Shown here: positions 10,443 through 19,312 of the stretch, in pieces
How the letters are laid out: the number at the start of each line of letters is the position of its first letter
Numbering within the stretch: the stretch's first letter is position 1
Assembly: GCA_964604995.1 (NCBI GenBank)
Contig: CAZSAD010000014.1
Span: 1-39,242, forward strand
Direction of reading: 5' to 3'
Length of the DNA stretch: 39,242 nt
DNA from: an uncultured Methanosarcinales archaeon
GTDB taxonomy: Archaea; Nanobdellota; Nanobdellia; Woesearchaeales; JABMPP01
Made by a program: the position numbers and the translations under genes
The notes under the pieces: model-generated
The model's input: only the letters and a program-made list of their open reading frames with translations
What the model was told of the DNA's origin: nothing
The model's database searches: none

Positions 10443-10690
10443 TCTTACATGGTAAGAATTATTCTTACATAATAAGACCTTTTTATGTCAAGAACCACTG
10501 ATAAAAGACAAGTGGAATGAAATGTGGTTCTTGAGCATGATCAGAATTTTCTTGATGCATTAAAATTGATTAGTTTTCTTGCCACCATACTAGTGGAAAA
10601 TTCTGACATTTTACTGTTTTTTATTCTTATTCTGTGAGACTTACTAAATAAGAACTTACATAGTAAGAAGTTAAATCATAAGTCAGTAAT
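10443..10690. repeat. Cluster of inverted repeats: two long stem-loops flanked by five short CTTAY-N3/4-RTRAG palindromes
   Basis: TCAAGAACCAC (10488-10498)/GTGGTTCTTGA (10524-10534); TCAGAATTTTC (10541-10551)/GAAAATTCTGA (10596-10606); short palindromes start at 10443, 10463, 10625, 10639 and 10654. Confidence 0.7.
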
Positions 10691-10734
10691 TAGTTTATTT
10701 AATTACTAAAAAATTATTAAATTTTAGAAAAGAG

Positions 10735-10776
10735 AATAAAAAAATAAAAAAAAATAAAGGAATTAATCCTTTATTT
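10735..10776 (-). terminator. Hairpin plus U-tract terminator of the S-layer gene
   Basis: AAATAAAGGA-ATTAA-TCCTTTATTT (10752-10776), followed on the minus strand by long T runs. Confidence 0.65.
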
Positions 10777-13306
10777 ATTGAGTACCTGTTGTCTCGTCAC
10801 CAGTTGTTGTGGTTGTGGTCGTTGTAGTTGTTTCTTCAACTACTGTAGTTGTCTTAGGCATAGGTGCTGCGACAGTTGGTGTGCTTGTTACAGTTGTGAC
10901 TTCTACTTCAGCGCCATTGAGGCTTGTAGTATAGTCTTTGTAATTTGCAACCACTTGTGCTGCTCTTCTAGTGTCAACTGCATTGAAACCAGCGACAACC
11001 ATAGCGACTTTACCAGGTGCGTGTTCGTACAATTTGATCATTGCTTTGCCAGCTTCGAATCCTTCAGCGCAATTTGCTTGAGTGACTCCCATAACTTGCC
11101 TTGCAACGCTATTTGCACATGGACCGCCAACTAAGATTAAGTTGCTTCCAGCTGAGCTTGTTACTTCTGATGCTAACTTAACTGCACCAACATCAATTTT
11201 TTGTACGACTTCAGTTACGAGGCCGCCAGTTGTTGATGAGCTGTCAGTTGTTGCGCCAGATGTGACATAGACCAATGCTTGTGCTTGGTTCTGTGGGACC
11301 ACTAATGTCAAAGTTGGTTGATCTGAGTTTGTATAATCATATGTTCCGTATACACCATAGTAGGTATATCCGTTATATACATCCTTAGAGTCCATCTTAT
11401 TCATATCTGCAAAGCTACCAAAATTGCTTTCGACAGAACTTTGTAATTTTGCTTTTAAGTTGGTTGTATCCCATTGTATATCCCAAGCTATTGTCTCTTG
11501 TGCATCAGTTGATGGCATGTTTTCATTCTTTGGAGTTTTCAAGTAAGCGTGGGTGGTATTTGTCAAATTGAGATAAGCAAGGTCACCGCTATACTTTGTA
11601 TAGATGACTGTTGATGTCTCATTATTGTTTGTACCACTTAATGATGCTACTGTACTATCTCCATCTCCATTCAAGTCAACGTGCAATGTAGGTGCATCGC
11701 TTGTTCCATCATAGTAAGCCCAGAAGGTTGTTCCGTCCACAGTGAAGGTAGTAGCGTTGTTGCTCTCAATTGTGCCTGCACCAGATGCTAAATCCCTTAT
11801 CTTAAAGGTTTTATCAACAGTATTCACACTCTTGAATTGGAAGATGTGTGATTTTTGTGTTGCACTTGGGCTTAAGATGAACATATCATCTTTGCTTATT
11901 GAGTTATTCTCTAGAGTTACTAGGGTCTTTAATGTTGATCCATCATAATCTCCAAGATATTGTACACTTGCACCTTGTCCCCAAATTGGAACGTTGTATT
12001 CGTCACCATTCCTATTTTCGAAGGAAAGTGAATACTTATTGCTTCCATCTGGTTCAACTTTGACAGTTTCAGTATTGCCGGTTGTTAATCCTTTGTATTC
12101 GATATCGAATCCGCCGAAAATAACGTTTCCTGCATCCCCTTCCTTGTCATCAGCTATGGTACTTAATTTACCATTTACTGGGACATACAAAGTAGTTGAT
12201 GGGGAGTATTTGAAATTCAAACCACTGATTTTTGCTATTCCACTACTATAGGAATAAACAATATCAGTCTTGATATTTGCTAAATCATCCTGACCAACTG
12301 TTACTGTATTACCAGAGTCATAAGTTGATGTACCTGGGTCGTTGTCAATAATTTTAATCTTTTGTGCGCCTAATGAGAACTGAACTTTGTCGCCACCAGT
12401 TGCATCGCCTGCATATTGCTGAGCTAAGACATCTCTAACACCAATTTCAGTACCATCGGTTAATCTGTAGGTTTCTCCTTCCAATAATTTGTCAGTTGTT
12501 TGACCATTTACTGTGAACATTGCTTCGCTGCTTGAAATGTAGCTTGCAGTTACAGTGTAGTCTTTACTTTTCAAAGTATAGGATTTTGTTGAACCTTCAG
12601 TCAAGATATCAGTCATTGCACCTGAAAATAGGGTCAATGTAATCTTGTTGCTCTCATTCTTGGCTGTTAAGATTGTATAATCTTTTCCAAGAATTGCAAT
12701 TGGCTTGTCTCTGAAATCTTTCAAGTTGCTACTTGAATCAACTTCACTTTCCATAGCTGGTGTAAATGCCATCTTATATTCATAAGCTGTTTTACTGCTA
12801 TTGAATTTTAGATAAAGTTCGTAGTTATCAGATAAATCGCTGTCTTTTGCATATTGAACATTTGCTTTTGGCAAGCTAATTGATTGTGTGTACTTATAAG
12901 TACCTCTGTTATTTTGGAAATTTCCATCTTTCAAAGCTGTAAGGTCATTTGAATCAACAGTTGTCATTCCAGCTGCGTCCAAATTTTCTCCAAGTTCTAA
13001 GAAATTACTTGATGTTCCAATCTTCTTAGCATCGCCTTCAACAGAGACAGTTGTACCGCTTGTTTCGACTACTTGCTTTTTCACTGATGCTGCTTGGAGG
13101 CTAGTTGCGATGTTTGTAACACCGATAATATCCTCTGCTGCTGCATTATCACCGACTACCAAAAGACCATCAAAAACACCGTCTTTAATAAACTGTGTTG
13201 GGTATTGGTTGAGGTCGGCTGCCATAGCTCCGAACATTGTAGCGCCTAGCATTGCTGCGCCTGTGCTCAAAGCCATAATTCTTTTAATTGCCTTTCTCAC
13301 TTTCAT
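10775..13306 (-). CDS. S-layer protein (Methanococcales/DPANN type)
   Basis: Signal peptide MKVRKAIKRIMALSTGAAMLGAT..AADL; VVGDNAAAEDII N-domain; C-domain NLILVGGPCANS...VAGFNAVDTRRAA; Thr-rich tail; strong SD GGAGGTG. Confidence 0.92.
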   Translation of the reverse strand: MKVRKAIKRIMALSTGAAMLGATMFGAMAADLNQYPTQFIKDGVFDGLLVVGDNAAAEDIIGVTNIATSLQAASVKKQVVETSGTTVSVEGDAKKIGTSSNFLELGENLDAAGMTTVDSNDLTALKDGNFQNNRGTYKYTQSISLPKANVQYAKDSDLSDNYELYLKFNSSKTAYEYKMAFTPAMESEVDSSSNLKDFRDKPIAILGKDYTILTAKNESNKITLTLFSGAMTDILTEGSTKSYTLKSKDYTVTASYISSSEAMFTVNGQTTDKLLEGETYRLTDGTEIGVRDVLAQQYAGDATGGDKVQFSLGAQKIKIIDNDPGTSTYDSGNTVTVGQDDLANIKTDIVYSYSSGIAKISGLNFKYSPSTTLYVPVNGKLSTIADDKEGDAGNVIFGGFDIEYKGLTTGNTETVKVEPDGSNKYSLSFENRNGDEYNVPIWGQGASVQYLGDYDGSTLKTLVTLENNSISKDDMFILSPSATQKSHIFQFKSVNTVDKTFKIRDLASGAGTIESNNATTFTVDGTTFWAYYDGTSDAPTLHVDLNGDGDSTVASLSGTNNNETSTVIYTKYSGDLAYLNLTNTTHAYLKTPKNENMPSTDAQETIAWDIQWDTTNLKAKLQSSVESNFGSFADMNKMDSKDVYNGYTYYGVYGTYDYTNSDQPTLTLVVPQNQAQALVYVTSGATTDSSSTTGGLVTEVVQKIDVGAVKLASEVTSSAGSNLILVGGPCANSVARQVMGVTQANCAEGFEAGKAMIKLYEHAPGKVAMVVAGFNAVDTRRAAQVVANYKDYTTSLNGAEVEVTTVTSTPTVAAPMPKTTTVVEETTTTTTTTTTGDETTGTQ

Positions 13307-13510
13307 TTGTATAACACCTCCGTGTTATTTTTTCCTAGGCTATCCTAAACTTTTAGGCTATCTATATACGCAACGAATTTTTATCCATTGCAAAATGTCT
13401 GATGTACTCTTCTGTTTCACTGCTCGTGTATCACTGCCATCTATTCGTCGACATAGCTAAATATAGCTATATCAAGGTCATGATTATCTTTCCATTTATA
13501 AACTTTTCGC
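13307..13510 (-). promoter_or_regulatory. S-layer promoter and structured 5' leader of about 165 nt
   Basis: Minus-strand GCGAAAAG-TTTATAAA (13510-13495); leader is GC-richer than other spacers, with several hairpins including ATAACAC-GGAG-GTGTTAT over the SD (13311-13328). Confidence 0.7.
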
Positions 13511-13705
13511 ATCAGAATACTTTTTTCATATATTATTAATGTCTACATTGCTTACCTAAGCGCTAACTATGCAGTTTACATAACCTGCTACTATAAAATG
13601 ATAATTTTAATGATTCTATTTTGATTTATATATTCATAAACTTAGTTTATAACTGAGCAAATAATTTTAAATATTCAATATTTTTTTTACTTTTAATAAT
13701 ATCAT

Positions 13706-15274
13706 TCATACTTCATTTTGACATTCAATTAAAAAAACTTTATCATTTACAAGCTGTTTTTGAAAATAACTTGGAAAACTAAAATCCCAAGATTTGATAA
13801 ATTCGCAATTAGTATTCAAATAATCTTTAGATACTTCACTTTGAAGCATAAAACTATTGCCTTGCCTAATTATAATGTACACTTTACCGATCTCTTTTAA
13901 TGTTTTAACAATTTTTTCCTGGGATATTACATTTGTTTGAAACACTAAAGGATTTGTATCAATTATATTACCTGCTATTTCATGTTTTCCAAAGGTAACC
14001 TCATTGAAAGCTATTAATGGGGCAAACATATAATCTCCAAATATTATTTCATTTTTTGGGATTTCAAAACCAATAGATTTGATAAGTTCAAACTTATAAC
14101 TATTATCAATTGTCCAATAATACTGGTTTGCTGCAAAAGCAAGATTAGCTGCCAAAGCCAATCCTAATAGTAAATGAAACAATTTAGATGATTGTAATTG
14201 GTAATTATCAATAACCCTAACAATTCCAATAGCACAAAGCAATGCAAGATAAGGAAATAATCCAAAATAATAATAAGGGAAAACTCTACTTAATAATATT
14301 AAATAAACACTATATATAATAGCCATCAATATTATAAGAGTTATACTATATTGGGACTTACCAATGTTATAAAATTTACCAGCATTCTTTTTGTGTTCTT
14401 TTGGGTTAGGCTTATTTTTTAGTAAAATCAAAAGAACTGGAAGGAATATCAATACATTGTATTTTAACATTTGAATGAAAAGCGAAAATTTCATGCTTGG
14501 AAGGGATGACGATGGTTTGTTTAAATGGTATAAGAATACTTGAGAGATGTACCCTTGACCAGTTCCAGCCATTGATGTTAACAAAACAAATACTAAAGTT
14601 ACAATTCCAAATGATGCTAAAAATCCTAATACTAAAGTTGCTGACTTTTTGAAATGCAATTTAAGTTTGCTATCTTTTAAAGATGCAAAACAGTATATGC
14701 AAGATGCTAAAAATAAAGGAGCAGCATGCAAAGTAAACAATAATGCTAAGCCAAATACTAATCCCGATAAGAATATTTTATCTTTAATGAGGAAATATAT
14801 TGCTAGAACAGAAAGCATAACTGTATAAGCCATACCCAAATTACCAGAAGCTATTCTTATTGTTTCATATGTACAAAGAAAAATAGCATAAGAAAGCATT
14901 GCAGTTTTAATACTAAATTGTTCTCTTGCAATAATATAAACTAGTATCGCAGATAATAATACAGCAATTAGAGATGCTATCTTAAATGCTAAAAGAGAAG
15001 CTCCAAACACTTTGTAAATAAGCGCATCAATATATAACTCACCAGGCGGATGTGAGAAAAAAAAGTCTTGATATGGCATTTGTCCATTTGCTATTAATTT
15101 TCCCATATAATAATAAACATTTTGATCAGAAAATTCTAATCCAAAGCCAAATATGCAAACTGCAGAAAAAATAACACCTAAAATAATTAAATAGAATATT
15201 TCCTTATTGCTTAAGCTTCCAATACTTTCTTTTATACTATTTTTTGTTTTTATGATATTAGGAGTATTTTTCAT
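13706..15274 (-). CDS. Polytopic membrane glycosyltransferase (GT-C; ArnT/PMT/DUF2029-like)
   Basis: About 11-13 hydrophobic segments; first-loop motif SDQNVYYYMG...GQMPYQDFFFSHPPG; FPYYY motif. ATG 15274 preferred over TTG 15286. Confidence 0.8.
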   Translation of the reverse strand: MKNTPNIIKTKNSIKESIGSLSNKEIFYLIILGVIFSAVCIFGFGLEFSDQNVYYYMGKLIANGQMPYQDFFFSHPPGELYIDALIYKVFGASLLAFKIASLIAVLLSAILVYIIAREQFSIKTAMLSYAIFLCTYETIRIASGNLGMAYTVMLSVLAIYFLIKDKIFLSGLVFGLALLFTLHAAPLFLASCIYCFASLKDSKLKLHFKKSATLVLGFLASFGIVTLVFVLLTSMAGTGQGYISQVFLYHLNKPSSSLPSMKFSLFIQMLKYNVLIFLPVLLILLKNKPNPKEHKKNAGKFYNIGKSQYSITLIILMAIIYSVYLILLSRVFPYYYFGLFPYLALLCAIGIVRVIDNYQLQSSKLFHLLLGLALAANLAFAANQYYWTIDNSYKFELIKSIGFEIPKNEIIFGDYMFAPLIAFNEVTFGKHEIAGNIIDTNPLVFQTNVISQEKIVKTLKEIGKVYIIIRQGNSFMLQSEVSKDYLNTNCEFIKSWDFSFPSYFQKQLVNDKVFLIECQNEV

Positions 15275-15288
15275 TATCCTAAACAAAC

Positions 15289-16359
15289 TTATTCAAAACT
15301 TACCTGTTCTTTGTATTTCGGATTGAGTTTTATTGCAGCAGAAAAGCAAATTCCTGCATCTTTCTTCTTGCCTTGTGCATCCAAACTTAATCCCATATTC
15401 ATATATGCAGCTGCAAAATCTGATTTTAGTTCAATTGCTTTTAAGAATAATAATACTGCATCATCATGCATTCCCATTTGGCCATAAATAATTCCCAAAT
15501 TATTAAATGCATCAGGCGATTTGGTATTAAGATTAATTGCTCTTGCAAAACTCTTTTTTGCTTCTTTCATTTTGCCTACTTTCATAAACAATATTCCCAT
15601 ATCAACATATACATCGGTATAATCTGGTTTAGCTATTAATGCTTCTTCAAAGCTTTTTAATGCTTCATTTGCATTACCTATCTCTACAAATTGTTTTCCA
15701 AGCTCATAGAATGATTTAGCATCTCCACTTTTGGCCTTTTTCTTTCCAAGTTTTAAGTAAAGCTTATCTTTTTCACTTTTTTTCTCAGTTGGCTTTAACA
15801 TACCATAGTGATGTATCGGAACTTCAGTTTCCAAAATTTTACCATTGGTTCTTTCTATACTATTTTTTACTGTTTCATGTACTAAACCTTCAAACTTTAC
15901 CCCTTTGGTATTTTTAAACATTCTAATTACTTTAGCAGGTACCCATCCAGAGAATCCTTTTGTTTCTTTAGTGCTTTTTATAATTGGGGTCCATTCTTTT
16001 AACTTAGAATCATTGGTATAGGTTCTTTGTGTGAAAAGATAAGCATTAACATCTTTTGAATCAGCAAGTTTTTTTAGTTTTTTGAGATCGTTTTCACCTA
16101 TAGATTCATCAGCATCAATAACTAGTATCCAATCTCCTGTTGCATGTTTTATGCTTTCATTCCTTGATTTTGAAAAATCATCACTCCATTTTGACACTAT
16201 TACTTTAGCTCCCAAATCTTCGGCTAATTGCTTGGTGTTATCTTTTGAACCTGTGTCTACAACAATTACTTCATCAACTATTGGTAAAACTGAAGATATT
16301 GCATTTTCAATAAAATCCTCTTCATTTTTCACAATCATACATAATGATATTTTTGCCAT
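15289..16359 (-). CDS. GT2-family glycosyltransferase with C-terminal TPR repeats
   Basis: ISLCMIVKNEE, VVDTGSKDNT, DFSKSRN, IDADE, VHE and HHYG motifs, then about four TPRs; start moved to ATG 16359. Confidence 0.93.
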   Translation of the reverse strand: MAKISLCMIVKNEEDFIENAISSVLPIVDEVIVVDTGSKDNTKQLAEDLGAKVIVSKWSDDFSKSRNESIKHATGDWILVIDADESIGENDLKKLKKLADSKDVNAYLFTQRTYTNDSKLKEWTPIIKSTKETKGFSGWVPAKVIRMFKNTKGVKFEGLVHETVKNSIERTNGKILETEVPIHHYGMLKPTEKKSEKDKLYLKLGKKKAKSGDAKSFYELGKQFVEIGNANEALKSFEEALIAKPDYTDVYVDMGILFMKVGKMKEAKKSFARAINLNTKSPDAFNNLGIIYGQMGMHDDAVLLFLKAIELKSDFAAAYMNMGLSLDAQGKKKDAGICFSAAIKLNPKYKEQVSFE

Positions 16360-16472
16360 AAAATTAAGATTGTGGATTATTTTATAACGTTTTCTATTCA
16401 TTCAATTTTTTACAATATTTATTTAAGAAAACTCTCAAAACTCTCGGAAAGTTTTTATATTTAGTATTTCTT

Positions 16473-17117
16473 ATGTACTCAATGTATAAATTTAGTTTTA
16501 AGGTAAGGCATAAAGGTTGTTTTGAAACTAGATTTAGTGCCATTTTTCCAGATTATCATATTACAGTTGTTGATATTCAATCAACTCATCCACGAAAAAA
16601 ACAATATTCCTATTATATTACTGGCAACTCTAAAAATTTTGATTCAATTGTAAAATATCTTCAAAAATCAAAAGGTTATATTCTTGTAAAAGAAATAGAA
16701 CGTTCAAATGAAACTTTGATGTTACTTGTTGTTCTTAATCAATCAAGTTATATTCAAAATATTATACAACAGTACCATGGATTTTTCATAGAATTGCATA
16801 CAGTTTATGAAGGGTGGGAATATTGGCACATAGGTGTCATTGATAGGGTCGCAATAGATTTGATGCTTAATGAATTTAAAAAAATGGGTGAACTCAAAGT
16901 GCTTTATATTGGGGAAGTTGAGTTTGCAAATACTCTTCTTTCAAAACAACAAAAAAGAGTATTCATGTTTGCTTATGAACAAGGATATTATAATCTCCCT
17001 AGAAAAATTACAATAGAAAAGATTGCTAGGGCCTTAAAATTAAATCATTCTACCATTGGCGAGCATCTTTTGAAAGCTGAGAATAAAATGATAAATTCAT
17101 TGGCAAGAAAAATGTAG
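16473..17117 (+). CDS. HTH_10 (bacterio-opsin activator-type) transcriptional regulator
   Basis: C-terminal LSKQQKRVFMFAYEQGYYNLPRKITIEKIARALKLNHSTIGEHLLKAENK. Confidence 0.88.
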   Translation: MYSMYKFSFKVRHKGCFETRFSAIFPDYHITVVDIQSTHPRKKQYSYYITGNSKNFDSIVKYLQKSKGYILVKEIERSNETLMLLVVLNQSSYIQNIIQQYHGFFIELHTVYEGWEYWHIGVIDRVAIDLMLNEFKKMGELKVLYIGEVEFANTLLSKQQKRVFMFAYEQGYYNLPRKITIEKIARALKLNHSTIGEHLLKAENKMINSLARKM

Positions 17118-17163
17118 TTATCTATTTTCTTGATGGTTTTTTTTATATTCCACTGAACAAATA

Positions 17164-17198
17164 TTAGCCAGATATATCTGGCTAAAATTCTTTATATT
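17164..17198 (+). promoter_or_regulatory. Perfect 22-bp palindrome directly upstream of a TATA box
   Basis: TTAGCCAGATA-TATCTGGCTAA (17164-17185); TTTATATT at 17191-17198; ATG at 17222. Confidence 0.7.
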
Positions 17199-17221
17199 TG
17201 TATTATTCTTTAGTAGTAACA

Positions 17222-18007
17222 ATGAGCTTAGAACAAAAAGTAAAGGAAGTTGTGGATTCGTGGAGTATTATTATTCAAGATAAATGCGAATTTGAACAAT
17301 CCCTTAAAAATATTTATTACGGGATAGGAATTGCTTTAACAAATAAAGCAATGAAATCTTTGATGCCTATTGACGATTCAGAGAAGATAATTAACACAAC
17401 ATTACTCAATACAAAACTTAAATATCATGAAGCAGTTGATAATTTTAAATTAGAATATATCACTAAAAATTATATTAAATTTGACTTTGATTTTAAAAAA
17501 ATTAATCAAGAATGTCAAATTGGAATAGATGTAAAAACGGCGTGGAATATTATGGATCGTGAACTTAAAAAACATGGGCTAAAATTTAAAGATATAAAAA
17601 ATATAAAACCCCTTACTTCTTATAAGTCTCAGTTCAGTAATGAAAAAGAAGTAACTGAAATGATTGAAAAAGAAATAGGAAATTATGAAATAATTGCTGG
17701 CAAGTATTCTCTTTTAGCAAGGGGACTAGAAAAAGGAAAAGTGGAAATGTCACAAATATTTGTTGAAGTTGCTAAGAATACGATCACCGCAGAAAATCAT
17801 CAGATGAATATGCCTGAATTTTATAATTTAGCTTATCACAAAGCAATAAACGAATTTAAGAAAGCGTACCTCATCAAACAATATTTTAACGCAGAAAAAA
17901 ATGGAAAGCTTGCAGCAAAAAGGGCAGGTATGTCTTACAAATTATATAATGGAGCTTTAACAAGAATAGCAGGATTAGGATTCACCAATCTTAACAAACT
18001 AATTTAA
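17222..18007 (+). CDS. Hypothetical protein with two Fis-like HTH modules
   Basis: Internal repeat LKYHEAVDNFKLEYI / LAYHKAINEFKKAYL, the second followed by GKLAAKRAGMS; ATG 17222 preferred. Confidence 0.6.
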   Translation: MSLEQKVKEVVDSWSIIIQDKCEFEQSLKNIYYGIGIALTNKAMKSLMPIDDSEKIINTTLLNTKLKYHEAVDNFKLEYITKNYIKFDFDFKKINQECQIGIDVKTAWNIMDRELKKHGLKFKDIKNIKPLTSYKSQFSNEKEVTEMIEKEIGNYEIIAGKYSLLARGLEKGKVEMSQIFVEVAKNTITAENHQMNMPEFYNLAYHKAINEFKKAYLIKQYFNAEKNGKLAAKRAGMSYKLYNGALTRIAGLGFTNLNKLI

Positions 18008-18152
18008 TTTTTATTCTTGTCAATTTTTTATTTTCATACATTTATAAAACTTAGTTTCTATATTTTTTAACAATAAAAACAATAACTATTTAAGTTATTA
18101 ATTTAAATATTTAGATATCTATCTTTTAGATACAAAATTAATTTTGAACACA

Positions 18153-19163
18153 ATGGAACAATTAACACTAATCATTTTAAGCACGTTATTGATGTTTGTA
18201 CTTCTTTACTTTTCACACTGGTTTTCAATTACTGAAACAGCCATTACTAATCTTAGTTCTCTAAAAATTGCAACAATGAAAAAGAGAAAAGAGAAAAATG
18301 TCGATTATATAATTGAACTTAAAAAGGATATGGATAGAACACTAATTGCTTTACTTGTTGGAAACAATACTGTAAATATTTTACTATCATCCCTTGCAGC
18401 ATTAATTGCAAATTATTTTTTTCATGCAATTGGAATATCAATTGTTATTGGTATTATGACTATAATGGTAGTTCTTTTAGGAGAAATAGTTCCAAAATCA
18501 AAAGCACTTAGAAATAGCACCAAAATCACATCAAATCATGCAAAAATAGTATACTATCTAAAAATAGGTTTAAAACCTATTATTGAAACTTTTATTTTTC
18601 TTTCCAGATTGATTATTAGATTTAAACAAAAAGAAGATAGTGACAAAAATCTTTTAGTAACTGAAGAAAATATCAAGGAGTTAACAACTTTAATTGAATC
18701 TGAAGGAGCAATAAAAAAAATAGAGAAAGATATTATTCACCAAGTATTCTTGTTTGGCGATAAAAAAGTAAAAGACATTATGGTTCCAATGAAACATATT
18801 TTTTTCTTTCAGGAAAACTATGATGTAAAAAGTGCAAGAAAAATCCTAAGTGAAAAAGGATTTACTCGTGTTCCAATAATGAATGAAAAAGGAAAAGTGA
18901 TTGGGATACTTTACAGTAAAGATCTTCTAAAACCAAAAAAAGGAAATGTTATGGAAATAATGCGAAAACCTGTTGTTGTATCTGGAAATATGGACATAAC
19001 CACTGTTTTTTCCAGTATGAAAAAAAGCAGGATACATCTAGCAGTTGTTAGAGATAGTAAATATAAACATGTAGGGATTGTAACACTTGAAGATATTTTA
19101 GAAGAATTAGTTGGAGAAATAGAAGATGAATATCACGATGTGAAATATCCTAAAAAAAATTAA
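18153..19163 (+). CDS. CNNM(DUF21)-CBS domain membrane protein (CorB/TlyC family)
   Basis: FSITETAI, LLVGNNTVN, GEIVPK, GFTRVP and GIVTLEDILEELVGEIEDE motifs. Confidence 0.93.
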   Translation: MEQLTLIILSTLLMFVLLYFSHWFSITETAITNLSSLKIATMKKRKEKNVDYIIELKKDMDRTLIALLVGNNTVNILLSSLAALIANYFFHAIGISIVIGIMTIMVVLLGEIVPKSKALRNSTKITSNHAKIVYYLKIGLKPIIETFIFLSRLIIRFKQKEDSDKNLLVTEENIKELTTLIESEGAIKKIEKDIIHQVFLFGDKKVKDIMVPMKHIFFFQENYDVKSARKILSEKGFTRVPIMNEKGKVIGILYSKDLLKPKKGNVMEIMRKPVVVSGNMDITTVFSSMKKSRIHLAVVRDSKYKHVGIVTLEDILEELVGEIEDEYHDVKYPKKN

Positions 19164-19213
19164 ATGTTCTTAGTGGGAAATATATTTTAGAATATTTCAG
19201 ATAATGTTTCTCT

Positions 19214-19268
19214 TTTTCTAGAAAAAAAATAATGCAAAGAATTGGATTTGGATATATACGAGCAGTAA
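19214..19268 (-). repeat. Degenerate copy of the tRNA-Leu 3' end and flank (att-like repeat 1)
   Basis: TTTTCTAGAAAAAAAATAATGCAAAGAATTGGATT; 19 nt (19230-19248) identical to 20452-20470; alignable to 20664-20720. Confidence 0.65.
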
Positions 19269-19312
19269 TTTTTTATAGCAAAATATAAATATCTTCAAAA
19301 CAAATTTTGTTT

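Noticed and set aside
10443..10668. Possible CRISPR array
   Set aside because: Repeats are only about 15 bp, degenerate and irregularly spaced, with no cas genes in the window.
10775..13306. Raised GC of the S-layer gene as a sign of horizontal transfer
   Set aside because: Explained by Thr/Gly/Ala-rich composition and high-expression codon bias; ribosomal protein genes show a similar shift.
10778..13460. Plus-strand ORFs inside the S-layer gene, including the Cys-rich 10778-11134 ORF
   Set aside because: Antisense shadows; Thr codons (ACA) read as Cys (TGT) on the opposite strand.
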